DNA of 64,000 nucleotides from Octopus sinensis (GCF_006345805.1 NC_043015.1:45012001-45076000), one strand, 5' to 3'; positions 11,393-24,810 are shown, counted from the first letter of the stretch. Numbers and translations: made by a program. The notes: generated by a model from the sequence alone, not told the origin.

Positions 11393-11790
11393 TTTTTCTC
11401 TTTTTACTTGTTTCATTCATTTTGACTGCGGCCATGCTGGTGCACCTTCTTTAATCGAGCAACTCAACCCCGGGACTTATTCTTTGTAAGCCCAGTACTT
11501 ATTCAATCAGTCTCTTTTGCCGAACCGCTAATTGACGGCGACATAAACACACCAGCATCGGTTGTCAAGCAATGCTAGGGGGACAAACACAGACACACAA
11601 ACACACACACATACACATACATATATATACATATATATGACGGGCTTCTTTCAGTTTCTGTCTACCAAATCCACTCACAAGGCTTTGGTCGGCCCAAGGC
11701 TATAGTAGAAGACACTTGCCCAAGGTGCCATGCAATGGGACTGAACCCAGAACCATGTGGTTGGTAAACAAGCTACTTACCACACAGCCA
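11393..11790 (-). mobile_element. SINE family A
   Basis: Reverse-complement match to the family A body. Confidence 0.8.
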
Positions 11791-11797
11791 GTGAACA

Positions 11798-12040
11798 ACA
11801 TTGACAGAATTCTTTTCATTGTGTATCAATGATGACTTGGCAAAAACATTACTTCATGCTTAAGTACCCATTTATTTCACTTGGAACAGTAGTAACAAAG
11901 AATGGCTAAGAAGAACGTGAGGAAAAACAGTTGAAGGCCATTTGAATGCTTTCAAAGAAGAAACACTAGGTCGTGTTAATGTTGTCACACCAAAGGCAGG
12001 AGAACCGTATTATTTAAGAATTTTATTGCATGAAGTTTGA
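11798..12040 (+). mobile_element. Helitron RepHel coding remnant (two in-frame stops)
   Basis: One frame reads TLTEFFSLCINDDLAKTLLHA*VPIYFTWNSSNKEWLRRT*GKTVEGHLNAFKEETLGRVNVVTPKAGEPYYLRILLHEV, matching the Helitron segment between Rep and helicase (TLTxFF..AKTLLY..VP.YYTW..LGR.Y.V.P..E.YYLRLLL). Confidence 0.8.
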
Positions 12041-12140
12041 AATAGTATTTTTTCGTTTCCTGTTGCGTATCAACATTTTCAACGGCAGGTACTTCTAGTA
12101 TATGTGTGTGTGTGTATACATATACATATACATTCATAAA

Positions 12141-12290
12141 GTTAATCCAAACATGAAAACACAAAGAGAAAACACAACAACGCGAGGACATGGAACAAAT
12201 ATAGTATTATTGGACGCTTAGGAAGGAAGGGAAGAAGGAGGGTTTTACATTTTGAGTGGATCTCTTCGTCAGAAACATAGAAAAAAGAGT
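12141..12290 (-). mobile_element. Penelope-like terminal fragment with a decayed hammerhead
   Basis: Paralogous to 4122..4330; core reads CUGACGA...AAAAUGU (G of GAAA lost, stem II broken). Confidence 0.55.
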
Positions 12291-12700
12291 ACATAAGTAT
12301 GTAGATATATCATTCATTTCTACACTTGTTTTACAACCATTCAATGGTTCTTTTTGATATCTATCTATTTATCTCTCTATCTTCCTATATATGTGTATAT
12401 ATACACACACATACATATATTTATTCATATGCACATACACACTCATACATACATACATACATGCATGCGTGCATGCATGCATGCATACATACATACATGA
12501 ATACATACATACATGCATATCTACATACATACATACATATGTACGTACATAGGGATAGCTAGATGGATGTATAGATGGCTTGACAGGCTGTGTGGACAAC
12601 ATGGAACAAGGTTATGATGAGAATGATGATGATGATGCTGATATGTTTGTGTATGCTTATATATATATACATACATATATATATATATATATACACACAC

Positions 12701-12868
12701 ACTCTTGGAGTGGTTGGCGTTAGGAAGGGCATCCAGCTGTGGAAACTCTGCCAGATCAAGATTGGAGCCGGGTGCAGCCATCTGGCTCACCAGCCCTCAG
12801 TCAAAATCGTCCAACCCATGCTAGCATGGAAAGCGGACGTTAAACGATGATGATGATGATGATGATGA
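12701..12868 (+). mobile_element. RTE-LINE 3' end (family B)
   Basis: Ends GGAAAGCGGACGTTAAACGATGATGATG. Confidence 0.8.
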
Positions 12869-13009
12869 TACACAGACATATACTACTTTTACAGGGAAAA
12901 GATCAACAGGGATTTTTCTTGTGCATTGAGTCATAATTCAGATAATGTTCTCTTTTGCAGAAATCAACATAAAGAATGCCAAGCACACATATATAGATAT
13001 AAAGATTGA

Positions 13010-13026
13010 TGGATAGACAGACAGAC

Positions 13027-13096
<70 letters not shown>

Positions 13097-13262
13097 TTAG
13101 ATAGATAGACAGATAGATAGATAAATAGATAGACAGATAGATAAATAGAGAGATTGATAGATAAATAGATAGACAGATAGATAGATAGATAGTTAGATAG
13201 ATAGAAAGATAGACAGATAGATAGATAGTTAGATAGATGGATGGATAGATGGATAGACAGAC

Positions 13263-13343
<81 letters not shown>

Positions 13344-13428
13344 TAGATAGATAGAAATTAACTAACTAACTAGATAGATAGATAGAGAGATAAATAGATA
13401 GATAGATAGTTAGATAGATAGATAGATA
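13010..13428. repeat. (GATA)n microsatellite, ~420 bp
   Basis: Direct reading, with GACA/GTTA/GATG interruptions. Confidence 0.95.
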
Positions 13429-13630
13429 TGCGTACAGGCATACACACTTAGTTCTTATATACTCTCAGACATACCTACATATGTGTGTGTATGTGTGTGT
13501 GTATGCGCTTACGTGCATGTGGGTTCAGCAAGGGAGGTAAATAGGTATAACATATAATTTAGAAACTAACCAATCATTTTCTTCGTACGAAATGTGGCTG
13601 AATAGGTTTTTTTTCTATAGTAATACTTAC

Positions 13631-13646
13631 CTTGGATTGTCGGCAT
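13631..13646 (-). CDS. Candidate first coding exon (MPTIQ + 1 nt) of an unidentified gene continuing left of the window
   Basis: Minus strand gtccATG CCG ACA ATC CAA G|GTAAGT (consensus donor) in unique, relatively CpG-rich sequence; no downstream exon identified. Confidence 0.3.
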
Positions 13647-15177
13647 GGACAACAATGGAAAGCGACTGAAGAAATTCTGGATTATTTACCAAAAATATAG
13701 TTAGTTGCTGTGATATATTTGGGCAGGTATTTCCTTACAGTCACTGATTTCTTATTGCAAGCTCGTTTTACTCGTGCGATTTCGTTTTTGTTAAATTAAT
13801 TCGAATTGGTCTGGGCTGGGCTGGACATGATTTGATTACTAAGACCAACATGTTCGTTAATTTTTGATAATTCTGTTTTTATTTTTTGTGTTTCTTGGTG
13901 TTTATATCGGTAAATCGAACCATATTTTCGTTCGGTACGAAATCATGATATATTTGTTTAGTCTCTTTGCAAAAGAAAAACAATTTTAAATGATCAGATT
14001 TCTGCTCTCTGTTTGAAAACAAATATTTAAGTCCATATAAATATTAGCTGGACTCTCTTGCTATTGGCCTTTTTTTTTTTTAATTAACGCATCTGCATGC
14101 TACTGGGACTTAATCAGTTGTGAATAACAAATGGTTTGTTTTCCAATTGCCTTATTTTCGAATCCCCTTGTGGTGTTCCTTAGCAATATTCGTTCGATCG
14201 TCCAAATATTTTGATTTCTTCTCTAAGTGAAAGTAGATAATGAGAAGTAAATATATACTAGTAGCTATTTTTAGTCAGAGGAGGGGGAATTCCCTTATCT
14301 ACTTAAAGAGGTGGTGGTGGTGGTAGTTAGCAATAAATAAAAACAATGATTACTTGAACGGGTTATGTATGAAACCTTTTGAACGAATCGTTTTTGCTGA
14401 AATCCTAGTTACCACTGACCGAGTAGGCTTATGATAGAAGGTGTTCCAGCCGTGACCATCCCGTTTTTCCATATCCAGGTCTACACACTCCAACGTGTCC
14501 TTCGTTTTATGAAAGACCGTAGGGATTTGATTCAAGGGAGATTTGGCTGCTATTTCTTGCAGGTTGAGTGACAACAGAGATGTTCCCTCATTGGCTCGCC
14601 CTTAAACGAGAATGGATACAAAGTCTCAGGATATATTGGGGGGAGAACGAATACAACAACAGTCTCGAATGTATCGCATGATATACAGGGGTCTTATACA
14701 TTCATACTTTATTTTTCCAAGGGCATTGATGAAGCGACAAATAAAATGAATTTCCATCTGGAAATCGAAACCGGGCCTCTGGCTTCGGATCGGCGAGAAA
14801 TTACTGACGAACCCGTGCTTCTACATAAATGGATTTTACACATAGGCAACAACTTTGAGATATTTAGAGGGAAAAAAATTGGTAATTTAATTGTTCGTGC
14901 CCATAACAAGTTCTTATAGCTTACCGATACCTGCAATCTCCTATTGTAATTCCATTACCATCTTGGATACTTTGTAGAATTATTTTAGCTTTTTGTGCGC
15001 GACTTCAGCCAACAACTACTCTGGTTTGACTCCCTAGTTGTCAGACGTTTGTGGGAGGGATCACACCAAGTCGTATTCCATGAGTCCACAGTTGTTTCCA
15101 GTTAATCAACAAAAACTGCCATTTCAACATTTTTTTTCTTTGCCTCTTTTATCCATCTCTTAAACGCCGCCAAAAGT

Positions 15178-15292
<115 letters not shown>

Positions 15293-15419
15293 TATATGTG
15301 TGTGTTGTGTGTTAGGAAATAGAGAATTGAATAATAACAATATTCATTTTTCGAAAACTTCGTGTAAAAAATAACAAGAGAAATGCTATTGATATTGAAA
15401 ATGTATGAATTTTTTTCTG

Positions 15420-15454
<35 letters not shown>

Positions 15455-15784
15455 GTGTGTGTGTTATATACACACGTACATATTTTATATCTATTATATA
15501 TGTGTGTGTTTGTGTATCTATCTATCTATCTATCTATCTATCTGTGTGTATGTATATAATGTATAGTGGTTAAGAAAAAAGACCGATAGAATAAGTTCTG
15601 GGGTCGATTTCTGCGACTAAAGGCGGTGCTCCGGCATGGCCGTAGTCAAATGACTAAAACAAATAAAAAAATACATGTATATATTATATGTATGTATTAA
15701 ATATATGAATATATGTATATATAGATATATATATATACGTATATGTATATATACATGTATATTATATATATATATGTGTGTATG

Positions 15785-15825
<41 letters not shown>

Positions 15826-15832
15826 TATATAT

Positions 15833-15875
<43 letters not shown>

Positions 15876-15941
15876 GGTCCCGGGTTGATACGGGGTTAAC
15901 CACAGTAAATAAGGTACTCAATACATAGCAGAGTAAAATTA

Positions 15942-16079
15942 ATTTATTATATAGAAGGAGCTTCTACAGGACTAGAACTGTTTCATTCAAGAGAAATCTT
16001 CAGGAAGCTAGTTAACTAGCTTCCTGAAGATTTCTCTTGAATGAAACAGTTCTGGTCCTGTAGAAGCTCCTTCTATATA

Positions 16080-16085
<6 letters not shown>
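15942..16085. repeat. 144-bp spacerless palindrome (72-bp arms, one mismatch)
   Basis: ATTTATTATATAGAAGGAGC...GGAAGCTAGTT|AACTAGCTTCC...GCTCCTTCTATATAATAAAT; centre 16013/16014; mismatch 15973/16054. Confidence 0.95.
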
Positions 16086-16127
<42 letters not shown>

Positions 16128-16329
16128 CATACAAGCTTTTACTTGCATTTCAGTCTTAGATTGTGGCCATGCTGGGGCTTCCAAAGAATGTAGAATTAAA
16201 TAATTTTAATGCACAATTGCTGTAAGTTTTATAGTAGAAATAATGCTATTGTGTATAACATTATTATACACAGAAACATGTATGTATGTATATGTATGTA
16301 TATATATATGTATGTGTGTATATATATAT

Positions 16330-16482
16330 ATAACGGGAAGCTTTATGAAAATAGACAAAAGACGAAGGCAGGTGGAAAACAAACAAACAATTGTATTAGT
16401 ATGGCGCTCAGGAAATATAAATAAAACAAGTCTTTAACGTTTCAAGCCTACGCTCTTCAACAGAAAGATACACAGAAAGAAA
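16330..16482 (-). mobile_element. Penelope-like fragment with a variant hammerhead core
   Basis: Minus strand CUUU-CUGUUGA-A-GAGC(GUAG)GCUU-GAAACGUU-AAAG at 16432-16467. Confidence 0.55.
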
Positions 16483-16904
16483 TATATATATGTCCACACT
16501 CATACATGATGGACTTCCATAGAGTTTTCATCTACCAGATGCCATGCAGCATCTTGGATGATTTTTGCAGTATTTCCAGGCCAGCCAACACCTTTTGACT
16601 ACATTGAAACAGGGGTTACTAAAGTTATTTGTTTGTTTTATGTCCATTTTTCCTTGTTAGCATGCACTTGTGGAATATATCATTGAGGCATGGTTTTACA
16701 GCTGGATGCCCTTTCTGTTGCTAACTCTTAACTTTCTTTCCACTAATGAATCTCGTTTCACATATCTTTGAAGGCACGAAGCAAGTAGATAATTTGTCGA
16801 CAGAAATTTTAATACCGCTTAGTAACTTCTGACTTTCTTAGGTTTCTGATTACAAATATCTTGGGTCATACGTATCATCATCTGGAAAAGATTTTCTAAC
16901 TAGA

Positions 16905-17425
16905 AAGGGTATGGCCTGGTCAGCCTGTAATGACGTGCATAAGATCTGGTCATCAAATCTAAGTAGAGACTTCAAACTTGAAATCTTCAAAGCCACAGTC
17001 GAACCAATTCTACTATATGGCTCAGAAACCTGGACATTATCAAAGAAGCTTGAGAGGTGGTTGGATGGAACCTACACTCGCCTCCTTATGAGAGCTCAAA
17101 ATCTCTCGTGGAAGCGTCATCCAACCAAAATGCTAATAAATGGGAAACTACCACCTGTGTCATCTCTTGTGAAAGGTAGGAGAGTCCAGTTTGCTGGACA
17201 TTGTTGTAGAGCTGAAAAAGAGGTAATTTCTACTCTTCTCCTCTGGAAGCCATCAACTCGCAATACCAGAGGGCACACACTCTCCTATCCTGATGTAATC
17301 TCCAGGGATGCAGGCATCCAGCAACAGGACCTCCGTAATGCTTTGATGGACCGTGAAGTCTGGCGTAGCATGGTAAATTCCATTGTCTCGACTACGGTTG
17401 AACAATGATGAGTGATGATGATGAT
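16905..17425 (+). mobile_element. RTE-clade LINE 3' fragment
   Basis: 165-aa ORF 16911..17408 (LLYGSETWTL...RRVQFAGHC) followed by a (GAT)n tail. Confidence 0.9.
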
Positions 17426-17710
17426 TAGGATGCAAATGTAAACAAACACACTGATACATGCACACCCACAGGCATATACATACATACACACACTAGATTT
17501 TTTTTATTAATGGATATAGGTCATTCAAATTGCATATATTTGTAGAGTAACATCCTATTCTTCATCACAGGCAAATAATGGGTTCCAAACAGAAGCAACA
17601 TGCTATCTTTGAGTTCTTGATGAAGGAAGGGTACAGGCTGTCTGACATTTACAGAAGGCTACAAGTTGTTTATGGAGGTGACACCATTGACAAGATAAAT
17701 GTGCATAAAT

Positions 17711-18060
17711 CATCATCATCATCATCATTTAACGTCCGCTTTCCATGCTAGCATGGGTTGGACGATTTGACTGAGGACTGGCGAACCAGATGGCTGCACC
17801 AGGCTCCAATCTTGATCTGGCAGAGTTTCTACAGCTGGAAGCCCTTTCTAACGCCAACCACTCCGAGAGTGTAGTGGATGTTTTTACGTGCCACCGGCAT
17901 GAGGGCCAGTTTGGTGGTACTGGCAACGGCCACACCCAAATGGTGTTTTTTACGTGCCACCTGCACAAGAGCCAGTCCAGCGGCACTGGCGACGACCTCG
18001 CTCGAATATTTCACATGCCACCAGAACAAGTGCTAGTAAGGCGACGGGGTAACGATCACA
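17711..18060 (-). mobile_element. RTE-LINE 3' end (family B)
   Basis: (CAT)n tail plus internal ~60-bp TTTTACGTGCCACC sub-repeats. Confidence 0.8.
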
Positions 18061-18065
18061 CATCT

Positions 18066-19012
18066 TTGAAGAAATTTAAAGGAGGAGAAAACAGCTTTGA
18101 AGGAAAATCATGCTGTGGGAGCCCATCAATTACAACCACTGGCACAAATTGCCAACTAGTGGACAAACCCATTCACATGGACTTGTTACGCAACTGGACT
18201 GTTGACACAATGCATCACAGAAAATAGTGGAAAACTTTGGGCTCTGGAAAATGAGTGTAAAGAGGGAACGTGGTTTGAAAGAGAGAAGGGTAGAATTCCT
18301 TTTTATCTGTTGCAAGCATTTGAAGCCAATGAAAACCTGGTTTTTTGGTGGGTTTTTTTTTTTTTTTCAATCTGGTGATGGGATAAAACATGAACATTAT
18401 CTTTATGATTCAGAAACAAAGGCCCAGTCCAAAGAATGGCATCACAACTTTTCTCCAAAGTCTAAGAAGTTCAAGAGGCTATGTATGATCACCACAGAAA
18501 ATCATGATTATTTTTTTTTTTTGTGATTTTCTGAGACATAGCTATACTATGAACAAAGAACAACACATTGAGATAGTAAGACAAGATTAGAGAAGGTATT
18601 AGGAGGTGAGCTGGCAGAAATGTTAGCACGCTGGGCGAAATACTTAGCAGTATTTTATGTGCTTGGCAAACAGTAGAGGGTCTGCCATCTGCTGCACAAC
18701 CTGGATCTGGCACTCTCCAACATCTACCTGTTCAGTCCAGTGAAGAACAGTTTTCAGGGACAATGGTTTAATGACACAGATGAGGTCCAAATGGCTGTGA
18801 AGAAGTGAGTACACACCTGAACCTTTTTCAAAGAGAATTTGAGAATTAAATTCAACTTTGCTAAAAATTCCTCACTTGTGATGAAGACTATATTGCATAG
18901 TACCTTTGTATGGAGAGAGAATTTCTCTACCAATATATGCACTTTGAATAACCTATGTCACTTAATGAAGAAGTTATGCCAACTTTTGCATTAATTTTAC
19001 TATAACCCATAT
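18066..19012 (+). mobile_element. Decayed mariner transposon (second family)
   Basis: KKFKGGENSFEGKSCCGSP (HTH), GDG...YDSETKAQSKEWHHNFSPKSKKFK, YLFSPVK...FNDTDEVQMAVKK; interrupted by a SINE C head near 18600. Confidence 0.7.
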
Positions 19013-19022
19013 GTATGTATGT

Positions 19023-19335
19023 GTGGAGGTGTAATGGCCCAGTGGTTAGGACAGAGGACTTGCAGTTGGAGGATCGTGGTTTCGATTCCCAGGCCGGGCG
19101 TTGTGTGTGTGTATTGAGCGAAAACACCTAAAGCTCCACGAGGCTCCAGCAGGGGGTGGTGGTGACCCCTGTTGTACTCTTTTGCCTCAACTTTCTCTCA
19201 ATCTTTCTTCATGTTTCTTGAGTAATGCTGCAATAGACTGGCGTCCCGTCAGCAGGGGTGGACACATATGCCATAGAAACCAGGAAACCAGGCCAATGAG
19301 CCTGGCTAGGATTGAAAAAGGCGCATAAAAAAAAA
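19023..19335 (+). mobile_element. tRNA-headed SINE family D
   Basis: GTGGAGGTGTAATGGCCCAGTGGTTAGG...GGTTTCGATTCC head; homologous to 29857 and 35672. Confidence 0.75.
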
Positions 19336-19575
19336 TGTATGTATGTATGGATGGATGGATGCATGCATGTATATCATCATCATCATCATTTAACACCCAT
19401 TTTCCATGCTGGCATAGGCTGAATGATTTCTATGGCTGGGTGCCCTTCCTAATGCCAACCACTGCACAATGTTCTGGGTGCTTTTTGTGATACTAGCACC
19501 ACCCATACACACACACATTCTCTCATTATATATAAGTTGACATAAACACGAGCACTAAAATTTGTGTGTGTGTGA

Positions 19576-19781
19576 ATTCTTTTATTTGTTTCAGTCATTA
19601 TTTGACTGTGGCCATGCTGGAGCACTGTCTTTAGTCGAACAAATCGAACCCAGAATTTATTCTTTGTAAGCCTAGTACTTATTCTATCGGTCTCTTTTGC
19701 CAAGCCGCTAAATTACGGAGACATAAACACACCAATATCAGTTGTCAAGTAATGGTGGGAGGACAAACACACATATATGTA

Positions 19782-19832
<51 letters not shown>

Positions 19833-20027
19833 TTGTGTGTCAGTGTTTTATATATATAAACACACGACAAGCTTCTTTCAGTTTCTGCCTACCAAATCCA
19901 CTCACAAGGCTTTGGTCGGCCTGAGGTTATAGTAGAAGACACTTGCCCAAGGTGCCACGCAGTGGGACTGAGCCCAGAACCATGTGATTGGTAAGCAAGC
20001 TACTTACCACACAGCCACTCCTGCACC
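19576..20027 (-). mobile_element. SINE family A
   Basis: Reverse-complement match with an expanded internal microsatellite. Confidence 0.8.
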
Positions 20028-20439
20028 TAATGCTCATATTCCATGCTTGAATGAAACTTTATGTTGGTGTTCCATGTTGACATTCTGACTACTTTCATCA
20101 AGAATAAAAGATGCTTTACTTGGAAAAAAAAACAGGTAAAGGTTGGCAACAAGGAGAGCTGCTAGCCATAAAATCATGCCTCAGATAGCTTTCTCCAAAC
20201 TATGCTGGTATCATAGAATGGACATTAAACAAGTGAATGATAAATCTACTATATAAATGAGAGTGTATGTGTGTATATCATAGAAAAGTTTCAAAGAGTG
20301 TTTCCTAGAGAAAAACGGATTTCATTTTTGAAATCTGTGTCCCAAGGAGAAGATTTTTGGTTACTAGTAATCAAAAAATATAATTTCCTATGAGAAATAA
20401 CTCAACTTCCAGAATGGTAACGTTAAATGTCTTTAGAAG

Positions 20440-21077
20440 ATATCGTCTTAAACTCATGATTTTCTGAGTGTGTGCACATTTGTGTGTGTGTGTGTGTTGT
20501 GTCTTATAACTCTGTCTGCTTACCTCTCTTGGGTCTTTTTTGTTGCTGTCACAGATTTTGAATTTTTAAAATTTAGTGGGAATTTTCAAATTTGGCATAT
20601 TGGTGTAATTTTTCACATTGAATCAGATTTTGTTATTTATTCCAGAAAAAACTGTAGAAAAATGTTACAGAAGTTTAAAGTTTGGTCATTTTTAACTAAT
20701 CGGAAAATAGGATTTGGAAGCTAACACTTTCTGCGTGATAGCTGTTTATTACGAAATGAAAGCAAAAGCATTACGAAATGATGAATTTTTACTAAACAAA
20801 ATGGAAGTAAAACATTATGATGATGGAAATTGTAAGAAGTTCTGAAGTTTTAATAAGTTTTAATGAATAAAATCATGTGAAATGATCAAACAGGCATGTA
20901 AATAATTAAAAAAGGAAAAAATCCACTATAAAATCTTTTGTGAAAAATTGCACAAATCTATCCTAATCAAGAGGCTTATCCATCGGGGGAAACATGGTCT
21001 GACATGGAATTTAAAAAAATTCTAATAAAGTTATTCTATTGTGAAAGTTACCCAGCAACAACGGGCTACTCAGCTAG
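20440..21077 (+). mobile_element. Helitron-like element (3' end clear, 5' end uncertain)
   Basis: Ends CCCAGCAACAACGGG-CTACTCAG-CTAG|T. Confidence 0.5.
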
Positions 21078-21659
21078 TATATGTATGTATGTATATATCT
21101 ATCCATATATATATATATATATATATATAATAGACCTTTATATAAATAAATAACGTGAAATACACGAAGGGACGAACAAAAAGACAAACGGGTCATTCAA
21201 AGCCTTCATTCTTCAGTCAGAAACTGATCCCTCATCGCAGATTTCGGCTGTTTAATTCTGAGATCCGCTCTGAATCAGCCAGCCACAGAAGGAAAGAATG
21301 AAACGCAACAGAGACAAACATGAAACGAAAAATCTTTTTTGGGGACAGTAACAGTTAAAAACATGGATGACATAGGCGCCCTATATATATATATAATCCA
21401 AGGAATGAAAATGTCCAGTCTTTCACTGCTCCACTGTTAAATACCAAATTACATGGGTATATATTAAATTTATAAAAATGAATAGAAAATGGATATATAT
21501 ATAGCCAATTCAAAAATTAAAGTTTAAAATTCATTAGCATAATACTATATCATATTATATTTTTATAATAAAAGAATATAATAAATAATAAATATTAAAT
21601 ATAAATTACATACAACTGTTTCGATTCTGTGAATTCTCCTCCTCCTCCTCCTCCTCATC

Positions 21660-23060
21660 TAATGTCTGCTTTCCATGCTGGCATAGGTTGGACAGTTTGA
21701 CCGCTGGCTGGCGAACCAGAAGGCTGCACCAGGTGCCAATCTGATCTGGCAGAGTTTCTACAGCTGGATGCCTTTCCTAACGCCAACCACTCCGAGAGTG
21801 TAGTGGGTGCTTTTTACATGCCACTAGCATGAGGGCCAGTCAGGCAGTACTAGCATCAACCACACTCAAATGGTGCTTTTTACATGCCACCGGCACAGGA
21901 CCCAGTCAAGGGGCACTGGCAACGACCACGCTTGAATGGTGCTTTTTACATGCCACTGGCACAGGTGCCAATCAGTCTGTACTATCATTGGCCACGACAA
22001 CGATTTCACTTACCTCAACAGGTCTTCGCAAGTGCAGTTTATTGCCCAATGATTGAAGGGTACTTTTAAATGGACTGGTTATGCTGCACTGACATAGGCC
22101 ATGGTTATCGTTTCACTTGGCTTGCCAGGTCTTCTCAAGCACAGCATATCTCCAAAGGTCTAAGTCGCTTGTCATTGCCTCGGTGAGGTCCTATGTTCAA
22201 AGGTCATGCTTCGCCACTTCATCCCAGGTTTTCCTGGGTCTACCTCTTCCACGGGTTCCTTCAACCACTAGGGTGTGGCCTTTTTCACCCAGCTGTCTTC
22301 ATCCATTCGCAACATATGACCATACCAGCACAGTCGTCTCTCTTGCACACTACATCTGATGCTTCTTAAGTCCAACTTTTCTCTCAAGGCACTTACACTC
22401 TGTTGAGTATGCACACTGATATTACACATCCAGCAGAGCATACTGGCTTCATTCCTTGCAAGCTTACGCATGTCCTCAGCAGTCACAGCCCATGTTTCAC
22501 TGCCATGTAGCATGGCTGTTCATACACATGCCTTTTACTCTGAGCGACAGGCCCTTTGTCACCAGCAGAGGTAGGAGCTCTCTGAACTTTCCCCAGGCTA
22601 TTCTTATTCTAGCAACTACACTTTCGAGCATCCACTCCCACTACTGACTTGGTCACCTAGGTAATGGAAGCTATCAACTACTTGTAGTTTTTCCCCCTGG
22701 AATGTGACAGAAGCTGTTTTCTGCACATTTTCAGTGTTTATTGTTCCTGAGCATTTGCCACACACAAAAACTATCTTCCCAGTTAGCCTTCCTTTGATAT
22801 TGCTGCACCTTTTACACATTCATAGCTTACACTGGGTACATCTTATGGATTTTCTACCTGCACCTTTTCTACAGATTGAGTAGGGCCATCTACCTGAAGG
22901 GGTTTGTGGTTTGTCTGCCTTCCTACTTATTAAGACATTGGTTTTTGCTAGGTTGACTCTAAGGCCCTTCGATTCTAGATCTTGCTTCCACATCTGAAAC
23001 CTCTTATAGTAGCCCTCTTAGTCTCTTAGACAACCACAGTCACTAGCTATACCATTGATA
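21660..23060 (-). mobile_element. 5'-truncated RTE LINE (source of the family B 3' ends)
   Basis: LHGSETWAVTAEDMRKLARNE...RRLCWYGHMLRM and a CxxC insert (FVCGKC), contiguous with a family B 3' UTR at 21660-22150. Confidence 0.85.
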
Positions 23061-23985
23061 CAAAATTATCACAGGCAATAAAGTATCCTAGTGATGTCGT
23101 AAACCTGCAGCATGACCTAAATGCAATATACAAGTGGGCAGAGCAAAACAGTATGCAATTTGATGCTGAAAAGTTTCAAGCACTGCACTATAAGATCACA
23201 AATGCTCCACAACTGGCATTTACAGGACCTGGGGGTACTGCAATCCCAGAGTCACAAACAGTGAGAGACCTTGGCATCAGTGTGTGTAATGATGCATCAT
23301 TTCACATGCGCATTACCAAGTTGGCAGCAAAGTGCAGACAACTTGTGGGATGGATACTGAGGACGTTCAGGATGAGAGATCAGGAAGTCATGTTGACTCT
23401 AAGGAAGATCTTTGTCCTCAGCCACCTAGACTACTGCTCTCAGCTGTGGTCACCACACAGTGTCAAGCTAGCAACAGAGCTTGAAACAATCCAGTATCAC
23501 TACACTAAAAAGATTGCTACAGTCCAACAGATGCCGACGACCGCTCAGTTCAAAGTCTCTCTTGACCAGAAATGGCCTGAACTCTTTGCATGAACACCCT
23601 CCCTGTACATAACTCCATGTCGTCCTACATGGCCTTGCTTTTTGCTTTTTGAGCCAAAAAATTAACTTAACTTAGATGAATTACAGGGAGAGGCTGAAAG
23701 AACTAACTCTACTCCCCAGAGCACAGATGTGAGGGATATGTAATAATTTACATGGGGAAAATACTGGAAGGGCTAGGACCCAATTTTGGCATCAAGCGTT
23801 ATATGAATACTTGTACTGGATGCCACTGCATCGTGCCAAAGGTACCGTCCAATGCATCTGATATAAGAACCAGGAACTGCAATAGCCTAGAGTTCAGAGG
23901 ATCAAAGCTCTTCGATGCTCTGCCAGAACAATTGAGAAACTTATATGATATAAATGTGAAAGTTTTCAAAAAGAAACTGGACACT
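23061..23985 (+). mobile_element. CR1/L2-clade LINE fragment
   Basis: MQFDAEKFQALH...VRDLGI...SHLDYCSQLWSP...LETIQ; frameshifted. Confidence 0.8.
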
Positions 23986-24338
23986 TGCCCAAGGTACCAC
24001 ACATCAGGACTGAAACCAGAACCGTGTGGTTGGGAAGCACACTTCTTCCAGCACAGACTCACCTGTGCCTAAATATATATATCTGTGTGTGTGTGTGGGT
24101 GGGTGGTGGACTCTCCTGTCATAAGCAACACTGATGAAGTTTCCATAACGTTTTGCTGAATAACCTGTACAGATGACTTGTACTAATTATTGATGTTTCA
24201 GATATTTCATTATGAACATTTCAGTAATCAGTGACCAGTCAGTCTTCAACCACATCTTCAGATAACATGCCAACACAGCAGAAAATTAAACCCAGCTTCC
24301 TCCGGTAATTTGTTGTGCATTCAGTGCATCAGCAACTT

Positions 24339-24384
<46 letters not shown>

Positions 24385-24412
24385 TATATATATATAATAT
24401 ATATATATATAT

Positions 24413-24810
24413 AGGCGTAGGAGTGGCTGTGTGGTAAGTTGCTTGCTTACGAGCCACATGGTTCCGGATTCAGTCCCACTGCGTGGCACCTTCGGCAAGT
24501 GCCTTCTCCTATAGCCTCGGGCCAACCAAAGCCTTGTGAGTGGATTTGGTAGACGGAAACTGAAAGAAGCCCGTCGTATATATGTGTATATGTATGTGTG
24601 TGTATATGTTTGCGTGTCTGTGTTTGCCCCCCCAACCTCGCTTGACAACCGATGCTGATGTGTTTGCATCCCCGTAACTTAGCAGTTCGGCAAAGAGACC
24701 GATAGAATAAGTACTAGGCTTACAGTGAATAAGTCCTGGGGTCGATTTGCTCGACTAAAGGCAGTGCTCCAGCATGGCCACAGTCAAATGACTGAAACAA
24801 GTAAAAGAGT
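24413..24810 (+). mobile_element. SINE family A
   Basis: Full head-to-tail match. Confidence 0.85.

Noticed and set aside
16018-16070. Hammerhead inside the 144-bp palindrome (CUGAAGA...GAAAC)
   Set aside because: The core-like words are present, but stem I does not pair next to the cleavage triplet and stem II closes with U-U.
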